DNA from: Mobula hypostoma
Taxonomy: Eukaryota
Assembly: GCF_963921235.1 (NCBI RefSeq)
Contig: NC_086097.1
Location: 245,026,001-245,090,000, forward strand
DNA length: 64,000 nt
Direction of reading: 5' to 3'
Of this stretch, positions 1-12,365 are shown in pieces. The translations under genes were made by a program, and so were the position numbers. A model generated the notes under the pieces. The model did not search any database, was not told where the DNA came from, and saw only the letters and a program-made list of their open reading frames with translations. Position 1 is the first letter of the stretch. Each line of letters starts with the position of its first letter.

Positions 1-956
1 ATGCTCCCACGAGCCATCTCACAATGGAAGTATTTGTTCCCACAGGATTGGAAGCTCCACTCTTTTTGACTGGATCCAGGCAGACCAAAACAGGTGTGTC
101 AAGAGTCTCCATTACTCCAACACCTGCTTCCTTAAACTTCAGTTTCAACAAAAAGTAGTGATTATACGGGTACTCATCAGTACCAAGCCCCCAAATTCAA
201 GGGCACTGTATGGCATCAATAGTAGATGCATCCAATACCGTTGTAAAAGGATCTATAAAGCAAAGTAACTTGAGAACCTGCGTCAAGCATGTTCCCACTA
301 AACTAAAGTTTTGCACTTTAGTATTTCCCTTGATGCACTGATTGGAACGTATTCTCTCTGAGATGCCAGCCATTCCTTTACTGGTTTCCTCCGTGGTTTT
401 GCCCCTTTTCTTTTCTATTTGATTAACCACTGACTTACTTTTTGAAGATTTTCCTGCCCCTCACAGTCTCGCTTGAAATGTTCATCTCCTCCATGGTCAT
501 AACAGAAAATACCGGTCGCCTCTCCAATCAAAAGACCCTTTTCAACAGCAGTCCTCTGCAAGATAAATCCTATAGGTGGGTCGAGTTTTCCAACAGACTT
601 ATTTTGACAACATAAGTTGTTCAACTGCAAAAGAAGATAACAATTATTCAGTCTAATCCAACATTCCCCTCTTTGATTCTAAATCACACATTTAGAATCA
701 TTACATCTAAACATTCAGAGGCAGAAAACTACATTAAGTACAAAATAATCAAAAACTACCAAAGTTATGGAAATATCAAAGAGTATATTTTCTCATAGGA
801 AACAGGATTATATCATGATTAGGCGATTAGTAAGCCTCCTTTTCTGCTGCAGTGAGTCCTCTCTCAGGGTGGAGGAACAGCGCCTCATATTCCATCCAGG
901 TAGCCTTCAACCCAATGCCGTGAGCATTGATTTCTCCTTCTGGTAATTTTTTAAAT

Positions 957-1350
957 GTTCTCTTTTTTTCTTTTTCCCTCCCCCTTCCCTCTTTTTCTAA
1001 TCCCCACTCAGGCCTCTTACCTCTTCTCCTCACCTGCCTATCACCTCCACCTGCTGCCCCTCCTTCTTCCCTTTTGCCCATGGCCCACTCTCCTCTCCTT
1101 CTTCTCCAGCCATTTATCTTTCCCCCAACCTGCCCTCACCTATCACCCGCTAGCTTGTCCTCTTTCTCCCTTCCGCCATCTTTTTATTCAGGCATCTTCC
1201 CCATTCCTTTGCAGTCCTGATGAAGAGCCTTGGCCTGAAATGTTGACTGTTTATTTCTCTCCATATAGGATACCTGACCTGCTGAATTCCTCCAGCATTT
1301 TGTTTGTGCTGCTCTGGATTTTCAGCATCTGCAGAATTTCTTGTGTTTGA
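957..1350 (+). mobile_element. Penelope-like terminal (pLTR) fragment with degenerate hammerhead motif (1212-1249)
   Basis: Pyrimidine-rich tract followed by CAGTC-CTGATGA-...-GAAA-TGTT-GACTG and the CTGCTGAATTCCTCCAGCA tail shared with other Penelope copies in the window. Confidence 0.7.
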
Positions 1351-1564
1351 AATTAGCAGGTATACTTACATGAGTTTGAACTACTCTATTAATGATCAGT
1401 CTTATACATGTAAAAAAGATGTAAATTATGATAAGACATATCAGGAGAAATATTATAACTTGTAATAGTGAGTAAACCCAGCTTCCTAGATTTAAATGAA
1501 TCCAATCAAAGAAACTGGCAAAATATGACAACAACTGATATTAGAATAAACTTCATAATCTCCA
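1351..1564 (-). pseudogene. env: Retroviral env transmembrane/cytoplasmic remnant
   Basis: FFDWIHLNLGSWVYSLLQVIIFLLICLIIIYIFFTCIRLIINR: Trp-rich membrane-proximal region plus a hydrophobic TM segment, lying between integrase and PPT. Confidence 0.65.
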
Positions 1565-2473
1565 CCCACAACACGCTGGAGGAACTCAGCAGGTCGGGCA
1601 GCGTCCGTGGAAACAATCAGTCAATGTTTCGGGCCGGAACCCTTAGTCAGGACTGTAGGGGGAAGGGGCAGAGGCCCTATAAAGAAGGTGGGGGGGAGGG
1701 TGGGAAGGAGAAGGCTGGTAGGTTCCAGGTGAAAAACCAGTAAAGGGAAAGATAAAGGGGTGGGGGAGGGGAGGCAGGGAGGTGATAGGCGGGAAAGGTG
1801 AAGAAGGAATAGGGGAAATCACAATGGGTAGTAGAAGGAGGCAGAACCATGGGGGAGGAGATAGGCAGCTGGGGGAGGGGGCAGAGTGAAATAGGAATAG
1901 AGGAAGGGAGGGGAAGGGAATTACCAGAAGTTGGAGAATTCTATGTTCATACCAAGGGGCTGGGGACTACCTAGACGGTATATGAGGTGTTGCTCCTCCA
2001 ACCTGAGTTTCGCCTCATCATGGCAGTAGAGGAGGCCATGTGTGGACATACCTGAATGGGAATGGGAAGCAGAATTGAAATGAGTGGCTACCGGTAGATC
2101 CTGTCTGTTGTGGCAGATGGAGCAGAGGTGCTCGATGAAGCAGTCCCCCAATCTGCGTCGGGTTTCACTGATGTAGAGGAGGCCGCACCGGGAGCACCGG
2201 ATGCAATAGGTGACCCCAACAGACTCAAAAGTGAAGTGTTGCCTCACCTGGAAGAACTGTTTGGGGCCCTGAATGGTGGCAAGAGAGGAGGTGTAGGGAC
2301 AGGTGTAGCACTTGCGCTTACAGGGATAAGTGTCAGGTGGCAGATCCGTGGGGAGGGACGTGTGGATAAGGGAGTCGCGGAGGGACCGATCTCTGCGGAA
2401 AGTGGAGAGGGGTGGAGAGGGAAAGATGTGCTTAGTGGTGGGGTCCTGTTGAAGGTGGCGGAAGTTGCGGAGG
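1565..2473 (-). mobile_element. Penelope-like retroelement, 5'-truncated (GIY-YIG endonuclease end plus pLTR)
   Basis: ORF 1921-2247 GVTYCIRCSRCGLLYISETRRRLGDCFIEH...GMNIEF matches the PLE GIY-YIG domain with CCHH. ATAATCTCCA is duplicated at 1555-1564 and 2474-2483. Confidence 0.9.
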
Positions 2474-2599
2474 ATAATCTCCAGTAGTGGTCAATTGTTC
2501 AAGGTCTTCAGGCTGGTTAGTGATTTGCTGACTGTAGCTCAGGAGCGTTACTAGCACATTAACCATAGAGCTTGTTGCCCTCATCAGGTACCACTTTAG

Positions 2600-3600
2600 C
2601 TTGCTTGCAGCGGCTGTCATATATCCACATATCCTTCTACCTTCACCGCCAAGTTAATAATTAACAGTGCTTGATAAGGACCTTCCCACTGAGCTCTCAA
2701 TGGTTCCTTATATGGTTTCTTAATCAGGACCCACTTGCTAGGGTGTATCCTCCTTCTGCAGGATCATTCCAAATGGCAGAAACCTGTTGGAAAAACTGAC
2801 TGGATATCTTGGATTAATTTCACACAATAGTTCACTAAGCTATCTGCCATAATATGTATATCAGCCTCTCTAAGATCAAGAACTCCCGGCGGTGACATAG
2901 GATGCCCTGTTACCAGCTCGAATGGACTTAGTTTAGGTTTCTTGTTTGGAGTTGCTCTGATGCTATATAAGACCATAGAAAAGTCCACAGGCCTTCCTCA
3001 TGATAGTCAGTCATTGCTTGGCGGTTTCATTCATTCATTCGGCTTGTCCTGATGCCTCCGGGTGACGTGGATAATGAAAAGTCTATTCAATGTTCATTAG
3101 TTGACATAATTCCTGACCAGTACTTCAATTCCCACCTAGGAATATATTCCTTGATCAGAGTTTTTGTTGTGTGCGGGGCAGTGGCTTTCTTTGCTGGGAT
3201 AGCTTCCGCCCATCTTGAAAACCTGACCTTTATTACTAGGATGTCTGAGTGTCCTTGACATTTTGGCAAAGTACGATAGTTCACCTGTAAGTGTAAAAGT
3301 GGACTGGGAGTGGCAGGTAGTTTAATTGTGGTGGCTTTTCTGCTGCTCCAGGATTTATTTTCTGGCTTGTCAAGTTTGTGCCCTAAATGTTGGATTCCAC
3401 CACCACTGAGAGAATCTGTTGAACATCTTTTCCACTGCATTGTGTCCCAGGGAGTGTACCTGCTGTGCCAGGTAAGGAAGCAATGTAGTTGGAGCTACCA
3501 GTCTATGGCTAGTGCCATATCTCCATGCTCCATCACTGTTTAACTTCCCACTGTTTTCCATCCAGAACCACTTACTGGTTAGAGCATCGAGCTTGCACCT
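2600..3600 (-). pseudogene. pol: Retroviral integrase (frameshifted)
   Basis: HSLGH zinc-binding part; HLQVNYRTLPKCQG...FSRWAEAIP...EYIPRW core; LYSIRATPN...LSPFELVTGHPM; C-terminal WEGPYQ...AVKVEG motifs. Confidence 0.85.
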
Positions 3601-6319
3601 CTAGAACACCTTGTATGTTTGTCTGCTTCACTGCATAGTTCTCAGTATTTCTGCCAATTCTTTGAGCTTTTTAACTTCTTTTCTTCCTTAACATGCTGCC
3701 TTTTTTTACAATTCCATCCACAAATGCATTTCCACAGCTTCGAATTCCTCTCCCAATCGCTGAGGAGCCATTGGCAGACAGACAGATATCTGGCAGAGTA
3801 ATATCTTTAAGGTTGTCATAGACAGGGGTGATAATGGGGGGCATCCTCCCACTACCTATTAAATGCATACAATGCTGTGTGCCTCAATTAGTCTCTGACA
3901 CCAAGTCCAGCTCATTGCCTTTATTTGTGGCTTAGCTAAGCCCAGCAGAACCATTTCTACAGACAGGAGAAGGGCCAATAGCAGGTTTCTGGTGCCTGAA
4001 AACCAGCCTCTGTGGGTAGATGGGTCTTGTCAGCTACGGTTGGCAGCTCACCTAGAAGAAGGAAAACTTTGATCTCAAATCTTGCAGCTATACCCACCCA
4101 TGGGCAAGGCTTCAGGAGTAAACTCTGAAGCAACAGTCTGGAGCAGGAGGCCCTAAGGCAGTCCTGCGCTGAGTTCAACCCTGACTGGGGACTCCTGTGA
4201 TGCTTCTGGTGCCGAACTGCATCGGTCTCTGCCGTTCCTTTGGGTTCATCAGATGCGTGGAGAGGGGGAGCTTGCTACACGGGCAACAGCTCGCTCTCCA
4301 CATCGTACTGCTCTGATTTGTGTATCTAGACAGCCGGGATGCAATGTCCACGGTCAACCCTGACCGACAGAGGCTTCACAGAATAACCAACAGGATGCTG
4401 TCGGTCTCCACGTTCTTGAGCTGAGACTGAACCCTGCGTTTCCTGCTGACCTATAAAACTCACATATTTGATCAAACTGATCGCGTGTTCTGACCTTTAA
4501 CTCACACATTCCAGGTTTTTCCTTTCCCTCAGGCATTTTCTGGATCTCATCACGTGCCTTTTTAATAAACTGTACATTGTTGGTATACTTCACCCAAATT
4601 TTTCATGAATTTTATCAAGCTGCGATGTTTTATTCAGCTAAGAGCTCAGTTTCATGATTCTAGCCATTGTCTTAATAAGATTTTGCATACACTTGATTTG
4701 TACTTTAACCGTGATCTCAAAATATTAATGGATATAATGGATAGATTTTCCCACAACCAAAATATTACTAGATTGCAACAAATAGATTATGCAACTGAAG
4801 TTTCAGTAGATTGCTGTGCTACCAAAATTTCAATAGATTGTCCTGCAACCAGAAAATTCTTCCATACCCCACTGGCTTGTACAGCTGAATAATTTCAGTG
4901 TTTCTCTTAATTTTTACAGATCTGTTTATTTTCAAAATAGCAATGTATAGTAGTTTCCTCACTCCTACATCCAATAGATGGTGTATCAAAGACAGAACTA
5001 GGTTTTTCTTGGACGACTGGAATTGGGGAAGCTCCTGCCTTCTTTGTTTGCACCACTGGTAATGTCCACCTTGTTTGGGATTTTTCCCGAGTCCTTAAAT
5101 TTTCTAAGATTATGCCAAAAATTGTTTGATTCTGATGGTTTTAATCCAAGATTTTTTCAGAAGTCAAGAGGGAAGCATCAAGCTTTTTGGTCCACGGTCA
5201 TCTTATGAGCACTGATAGAACGAAGAAAATGGAAATGGGGAACAGCAAGAGCCTAAGGACAAGAGGAAAGGAAGGGAAAGAATAAAAATGTTGCGACGCT
5301 GAGATCAACTTATCTTAAACCCACCAGATAGAAGACATTCCATTCAGATATATAGATAAGAGTTAACCAATCAGATAGCTCTTATTCAAGAATCATGCAA
5401 AGAACTGTAACCACTAGGGGCCACCCTGATCAATTGCATATACATTCTGTGACCGTAGGAAAAACATACAGGTAGTTACATAAAATACAAGCAGTCATAA
5501 TTTTTTTAAACTGCAGTAGAAACTAATGATTATACAGTCTAATCCAACAGATGCTAACGTAGCATGTCCACAACTCACACTAAGTGGTATGCCTTTGGAA
5601 TGTGGGGGGAAACTGGAGGAAATCCAAATGTACAAACTACTTACAGACGGCGACTGTGGTGGAAATTGAACCCCGATCTTACAGCTGGCACTGTAGAGCA
5701 ATTGCATTAAACCCTACCCTACCCCAATCATTTCAGGTTAAGAACTACGAAAAAAAAGTTAGAAATCAAACATCTATTAAGTTGTAGAGAAGGGGGAGGG
5801 GTGACAAGAATAAATGAGTGATCGTGGGAGACCAGGAAAGACTGACTGACACTGTTAGATATGTGGGTTATGACCAAAGGAAAAATGGCTGGAGTTGCTT
5901 ACCCGTTTCATGCAGTGGTGTTTATTATGTGCGTCAATAATCAAACTTTAAAAAATTAGCAAACTGCCAATATTTACCAAAAAATGTCTACCAGAAAACA
6001 CTACAATAGATCTATGCTATTTTTGTCCAATGTGAACTCTTGGCAGCCCCTATCTCAAAAGTTAATTTATGCAGCATACAACTCTGAGATTCACCTTCTC
6101 CAGAGAACCACGAAACAAAGAAAACCATGAAGTTGTTCAAAGAGAAACATCCAACCACCCCCCACCCCTGCACAGAAAAAAAAAGCAAATCCAGGCAAAT
6201 AGCAACATCAACCTCCCCCCCCGCCACCATGCTCTCCTGCTAAGAGCAAAGAACCCCATTTATTAAGCACCAGGGCATATCATCTTTAAATCCCCACAAA
6301 GTCTACTTATCTATTTACT

Positions 6320-6565
6320 GAGGAATTCACGTTTCCGGCCCTTTGAGCCACACTGCCCAGCAAATCCCCGATTTAATCCTTTGCTAATAATGGGATAATT
6401 TATAATAACCAATTAACCTACCAATTGGTAGGTCTTCGGACTGTGGGAGGGAACCCACGGGGTCACGGGGAGAACGTACAAACTCCTTACAGGCAGTGGA
6501 GGGAACTGAACCCGGGTCGCCTGTACTGTAAAGCGTTGTGCTAACCACTGCACTGCTGTGCTGCC
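6320..6565 (-). mobile_element. tRNA-derived SINE (one of many copies in the window)
   Basis: Reverse complement begins GGGCAGCACAGCAGTGCAGTGGTTAGC (A box)...GGGTTCAGTTCC (B box). Related copies lie near 5550, 24000, 29100, 32550, 48010, 52190, 59760 and 60240. Confidence 0.75.
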
Positions 6566-6767
6566 CTACTTCACTTAAGACTTAAGTTATTTAAGATTAC
6601 ACATGAATTAGAATATAATGCACCCCACAATGTAGTTACAATCATATTACAAAGTAAACAGAAGTATTGACCTTAAATACAGTATGCAGACTACATATAC
6701 ACGTTTACACATCCCCATTGCTAAAGAAGTGGAACATTTAGCTGTGTATAGTGGGAAAGGTATCAAT

Positions 6768-7395
6768 AGGTACATTTCATGTCAGAGAAGTGTATACAAT
6801 ATACATCCTGAAATTCTTTTTTTTTCACAACCATCCACGAAAACAGAGTAGTGCCCCAAAGAATGAATGACAGTTAAACGTTAGAACCCCAAGCCCCCCC
6901 AGCTCCCCTCCCTCCCACGCACAACCAGCAGCAAGGCAATGACCCCCCCTCCCCCACCAGCTAAAAAGCATCAGTGCCCCCACCGAGCACTAATAAGGGA
7001 AAAAGAACAGTCCCCATTTCACAGCGAGAGGGGAGGTAAAACAAGCAACTCATTGATTTATGAAGTTAAAAGTCTGCTGCCTTGTTTTTTCTGAGCCTTG
7101 CACCCGGAGAGCTCAGGTCTCTGGACACACAGCCCACGGCAGCTAACCCACTGCTCCCAATGTTCTGTGTTCTCCTGTGACGCCTCAGTCTGGGGCACCG
7201 GCCTTGAATCAGCCCTTCACCAGAGCCAAGAAAATCCGGCACCCTGAAGGCGTGCCAGTCTTCCAGACCGCATCCTTGGGATATCAGAAAGCGGCTGGTT
7301 GTGAGGCCCTGAGAGTGGGTTCCATTCCTGCAAAGGACCGAAGTCAGAGTGTGACTCCAGGTCAGGGTCTCCAAAAGACCCTTGAAAAGGTAAAT
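6768..7395. repeat. Unclassified interspersed repeat
   Basis: Starts AGGTACATTTCATGTCAGAGAA...ATACATCCTGAA; a similar copy is at ~35976-36570. Confidence 0.6.
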
Positions 7396-7992
7396 AAAAG
7401 CCAACCCGAGTGCATCAGCTCAGTTTAGGACCCACCATGAGAATATACCGGGGACGACATTGAAGTGTGAACACTCAGTGAAATGACAGCAGGATTGTGT
7501 GTGTGTAAGGAGTGTGTTTATTGAGTGCTGTCTGTCACAGACAGAGATGGTGATAGTCCCAACTAACAGAGGGTGGGAAAGACCAGGAGATTACAGCCTC
7601 GATGTTCATTCCTCTCTCCGTGGCACTGAGGCTGTGAGACCGCTCCGGTTGCTATGCGCTTGGTGTCTGCCAGCTTCACGGTGATTTGCTGCACTATATG
7701 ATGAACAGAGACCGAGGCTTTGGGCCTACTCTGAGGATTCGTGTCTATGGACTCCATTTGGTCGGGAATGTTGTTGCTTACTTCTATTGTTTGCATGATT
7801 TATGTTTTTTTTCCCTCTTTCTCTGCACATTGGGTGTTGGTCCTTTTTTTAATTGGGGTCTTTTGGGTTTCTTGCTTTGTGGCTGCCTGTAAACAGACAA
7901 ATCTCAAGGTTGTGTAATTTATACACACTTTGATAATAAATGCAGTTTGAATCCTATGAACAAGTCGAAGATATTGGAAATATGAAATAATA

Positions 7993-8372
7993 ACATTAGA
8001 ACATAAGAAATAGGAGCAGGAGTCGGCCATCTGGCCCATCGAGCCTGCCCCGCCATTCAATAAGATCATGGCTGATCTGTCCGTAAACTCAGCTCCATCC
8101 ATCTGCCTTTTCCCCATAACCCTTAATTCCCCTACTATGTAAAAACCTATCTAACTGTATCTTAAATATATTTAGTAAAGAAGCCTCAACTGCTTCCCTG
8201 GGCAGAGAATTCCACAGATTCACCACTCTCTGGGAAAAACAGTTTCTCTTCATCTCCATCCTAAATCTTCTCCCCTGAATCTTGAGGCAATGTTCCCCAG
8301 TTCTCGTCTCACCTACCAATGGGAACAACTTTCCTGCTTCTATCTTATCTATCCCTTTCAAAATTTTGTATG
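7993..8372 (-). mobile_element. CR1 LINE 3' fragment
   Basis: ORF 8089-8361 KLFPLVGETRT...FSQRVVNLWNSLP is the CR1 ORF2 C-terminus, followed by a short-repeat tail. Confidence 0.9.
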
Positions 8373-8948
8373 TATAAACACAATGTTCAAAATGTTCATC
8401 AAGTCAAGCACACCCGTGGAGAAATAATGTTTCGGTGGCAGATGCTGGTAGTTATGATGTGAGATAGATCAGCTGGTTGGGTTGTGATACAACAACCTCC
8501 TTGCACTCATTGACTGTAAGACCAAAGAATTGATTGTGGGCTTCAGGTCAGGGAGATCAAGGCGACACACTTTCAGGGTTTAGCTTCATGTTCCAAGGTG
8601 TCACCATATCGAAAGCTCTATCCTGCGCCCAACATATTCTTCTGCCAAGGTGCATGATCATACACTTTCCAACTTTGTATTCTATCTGACACTTCCTTGC
8701 CCATTCTCCTAATCTGTCTAAGGGCGTCTGCAGAAGGAGTCAGCCTGATACAGCTAAAAAGCACAACTGCTTCCAAAGTCAGAGCAGTTAACAAAGATGT
8801 CTTAATGTGTTTAAACGAACTATCGCTGCTTAAAACTGACGGAAACACTGCCGTTTGGGGATGGAAATGTCCTTGTAGGATTCCACGCAGGAAACGTGGC
8901 TGCAGGTCAGGGATACAAGTGCGTGTAAGGAAACAGGGTTTTAAACTC

Positions 8949-9297
8949 ACAACACGCTGGAGGAACTCAGCAGGTTGGGCACCATCCGTGGAAACGATCA
9001 GTCAACGTTTCGGGCCGGAACCCTTCGTCAGGACTGTAGAGGGAAGGGGCAGAGGCCCTATAAAGAAGGTGGGGGGAGGGTGGGAAGGAGAAGACTGGTA
9101 GGTACAACAGACAGGATCTCCCGGTTTCCACCCACTTCAACTCCGCTTCCCATTCCCATTCAGATATGTCCATACATGGCCTCCTCTACTTTCATGATGA
9201 GGCCAAACTCAGGTTGGAGGAGTGACATCTCATATACCGTCTAGGTAGTCTCCAGCCCCTTGGTATGAACATAGAATTCTCCAACTTCTGGTAAAAA
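8949..9297. mobile_element. Short Penelope insertion with inverted (tail-to-tail) structure inside Rex1
   Basis: 8949-9102 matches 1565-1722 in the same orientation; 9103-9293 matches 1921-2110 in the opposite orientation. AGGGTTTTAAACTC is duplicated at 8935-8948 and 9298-9311. Confidence 0.85.
8999..9036 (-). ncRNA. Minimal type I hammerhead ribozyme motif (Penelope-associated)
   Basis: Minus strand reads CAGTC CTGACGA AGGGTTCCGGCCC GAAAC GTT GACTG: helix I CAGTC/GACTG, CUGANGA and GAAA cores intact, GUU site. Confidence 0.8.
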
Positions 9298-11789
9298 AGG
9301 GTTTTAAACTCCCTATACCGACTATCTTGCTGGCAAACGTGCAGTTTCTGGTGAATAAAATCGATGATCTCAGAGCTAGAGTGCTGAATCAGAGGGACAT
9401 TAGGACCACGTGTGTCCTTTGTTTCGTGGAATCCTGGTTAACCCCTTCCGTACCAGATGCAGCGATTCAGATCGACGGGTTTACTCTACACCGTCAGGAT
9501 AGATCTATAGAGTCTCTCAAAAGCAGAGGTGAGGAGTATGCCTCATGATCAACTCTTCTTGGTGCACAAATATATCAGTGCTGTCCCAATTCTGCTCACC
9601 AGACCTGGAATATCTAGTAGTAAAGTGCCGTCCTTTCTTCTACCACGGGAGATTTCCGGGATCATTTTGGTAGTAGCATACATTCCACCTCAGGCCAACG
9701 TCAGGCAGGCTTTAGATGATCTGAGCAATGGGATCAACTTGCACGAAACAGCGCACCCTAACCTGTTCACCATCATTTTGGGGGATTTTAACTAGGACAG
9801 TCTGAAAAAATCACTAAGCAATTACCATCAACAGATCACTTGCAATACCAGAGGAAACAACACACTTGACCACTGTTACACCACCATCAAGAATGCCCAC
9901 CGTGCTATTCCACCCCCTCACTTCGGGAAGTCTGATCACCTGGCTGTACTTCTACTCCCTCAGTATAGGCAGAGACTGATGACTGCAGCACCAGCAGTGA
10001 GGACCAAGAAGGTTTGGAAAAGGGAAGCACAGGAGCACCTACAGACTGCTTTGAGTTGGTGGACTGGACTGTATTCAGGGATTCATCTTCGAACCTGGAT
10101 GAGTATGCTGCAGCTGTTACTGACTTCATTAAAACCTGTGTGGATGAGTGTGTGCCAACAAAGACTTACTGTACATTCCCAAACCAAAAGCCATGGATGA
10201 ACCAGGAGGTACATCGTCTGCTGAAGGCCAGATCTGTGGCATTCAAGTCTGGCGACCCAGACCTGCACCAGAAAACCAGGTATGATTTGCGGAGGGCTAC
10301 TTCAAGGGCAAAGAGACAATTTTGAATGAGGTTGTAGGCGTCATCAGATGTACGACAATTCTGGCAGGGTCTGCAAGACATTACTTCCTACAAAGTGAAA
10401 CTCAATAGCGTGAATGCTTCACTACCAGATGAACTCAACGCCTTCTATGCACGCTTTGAAAGGGAGAATATAACTACAGCTGTGAAGATCCCTGTTGCAC
10501 CTGATGACCCTGTGATCTCTGTCTCCCAGGCCGATGTTAGGCTGCCTTTAAAGAGGGTGAACCCTTGCAAGACAGAAGGTCCCGATGGAGTACCTGGTAA
10601 GGCTCTGAAAATCTGTGCCAACCAACTGGTGGGAGTATCAAGGACATTTTCAACCTCTCACTGCTACGGGCAGAAGTTTCCACTTTCTTCAAAAAGGCAA
10701 CAATTATTCCAGAACCTAAGAAGAATAATGTGGGCTGCCTTAATGACTATCGCCCAGTAGCATTCACATTGACAGTGATGAAATGCTTTGAGAGATTGGT
10801 CATGATTAGACTGAACTCCTGCCTCAGCAAGGACCTAGAACCACTGCAATTTGCCTATCACCACAATAGGTCAACAGCAGACACAATCTCAATGGCTCTT
10901 CACACGGCCTTAGACCACCTGGACAACATAAACACCTATGTCAGGATGTTGTTCATCAACTATAGCTCAGCACTTAATACCATCATTCCCACAATCCTGA
11001 TTGAGAAGTTGTAGAACCTGGGCCTCTGTACCTCACTCTGTAACTCGATCCTTGACTTCCTAAATGGAAGACCACAGTCTGTGCAGATTGGTGATAACAT
11101 ATCCTCTTCACTGACGATCAACACTGGTGCACCTCAGGGGTGTATGTTTAGCCCACTGCTCTACTCTCTGTATACACGACTGTGTGGCTAGGCATAGCTC
11201 AAATACCGTCTATAAATTTGCTGATGATACAACCATTGTTGGTAGAATCTCAGGTGGTAACAAGAGGGTGTACAGGAGTGAGATATGCCAACTAACAGGT
11301 ACTACCTGGCACTCAACGTCAGTAAAATGAAAGAGCTGATTGTGGACTTCAGGAAGGGTAAGATGAAGGAACACATACCAATCCTCACAGAGGGATCAGA
11401 AGTGGAGAGAGTGAGCAGCTTCAAGTTCCTGGGTGTCAAGATCTCTGAGGACCTAACCTGGTGCCAACATATCGACGCAGTTATAAAGAAGGCAAGACAG
11501 CGGCTATACTTCATTATGGGTTTGAAGAGATTTGGTCTGTCAACAAGTACACTCGAAAACTTCCATAGTTGTACAGTACTGTGGAGAGCATTCTGACAGG
11601 CTGCATCACTGTCTGGTATGGAGGGGCTACTGCACAGGACCGAAAGAAGCTGCAGAGGGTTCTAAATCTAGTCAGCTCCATCTTGGGTACTAGCCTACAA
11701 AGTACCCAGGACATCTTCAAGGAGTGGTGTCTCAGAAAGGCAGTGTCCATTATTAAGGATCTCCAGCACCCAGGGCATGCCCTTTTCTC

Positions 11790-12365
11790 ATAGTTATAGT
11801 CATAGTCATAGTCATAGTCATACTTTATTAATCCCGGGGGAAATTGGTTTTCATTACGGTTGCTCCATAAATAATAAATAGTAATAGAACCATAAATAGT
11901 TAAATAGTAATATGTAAATTATGCCATTAAATTATGAAATAAGTCCAGGACCAGCCTATTGGCTCAGGATGTCTGACCCTCCAAGGGAGGAGTTGTAAAG
12001 TTTGATGGCCACAGGCAGGAATGACTTCCTATGACGCTCTGTGTTGTATCTCGGTGGAATGAGTCTCTGGCTGAATGTACTCCTGTGCCCAACCAGTGCA
12101 TTATGTAGTGGATGGGAGACATTGTCCAAGATGGCGTGCAACTTGGACAGCATCCTCTTTTCAGACACCACCGTCAGAGAGTCCAGTTCCATCCCCACAA
12201 CATCACTGGCCTTACGAATGAGTTTGTTGATTCTGTTGGTGTCTGCTACCCTCAGTCTGCTGCCCCAGCACACAACAGCAAACATGATAGCACTGGCCAC
12301 CACAGACTCGTAGAACATCCTCAGCATCGTCTGGCAGATGTTAAAGGACCTCAGTCTACTCAGGA
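11790..12365 (-). mobile_element. Rex1 LINE 3' fragment (second subfamily), abutting the + copy
   Basis: ORF 11956-12327 FYESVVASAIMFAVVCWG...RHRKSFLPVAIKLYN; (ATAGTC)n tail at 11790-11822. Confidence 0.85.

Larger units (their letters stand above)
1..5549 (-). mobile_element. Heavily deleted endogenous retrovirus (gamma/epsilon-like), interrupted by Penelope insertions
   Basis: Minus-strand order is RNaseH-like end (GNAFVDGIVKK, ~3700), integrase (2600-3600), env TM remnant (~1350-1560), PPT AAAGAGGGGAA (664-674), then TGTTGGATTAGACTG starting at 663. The same 15-mer starts at 5549, a candidate 5' LTR start. Confidence 0.7.
8660..11790 (+). mobile_element. Rex1/Babar LINE, near full length, frameshifted
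   Basis: APE motifs (LLANVQFLVNKIDDLR, AYIPPQ, ILGDFN), RT (NDYRPVA, QFAY, YKFADDTTIVG) and C-terminal KKARQRLYF. Confidence 0.9.

Noticed and set aside
1618..1655. Active hammerhead in the first Penelope copy
   Set aside because: Core reads CUGACUA instead of CUGANGA, so it is probably inactive; the copy at ~14298 also lacks GAAA.
6320..6565. tRNA genes at SINE heads (here and at similar sites)
   Set aside because: A and B boxes are present but there is no complete cloverleaf, and the sequence continues into SINE body.
11790..11822. CRISPR-like or regulatory repeat array (ATAGTC)n
   Set aside because: Simple microsatellite tail of the minus-strand Rex1; no spacers, and the DNA is eukaryotic.
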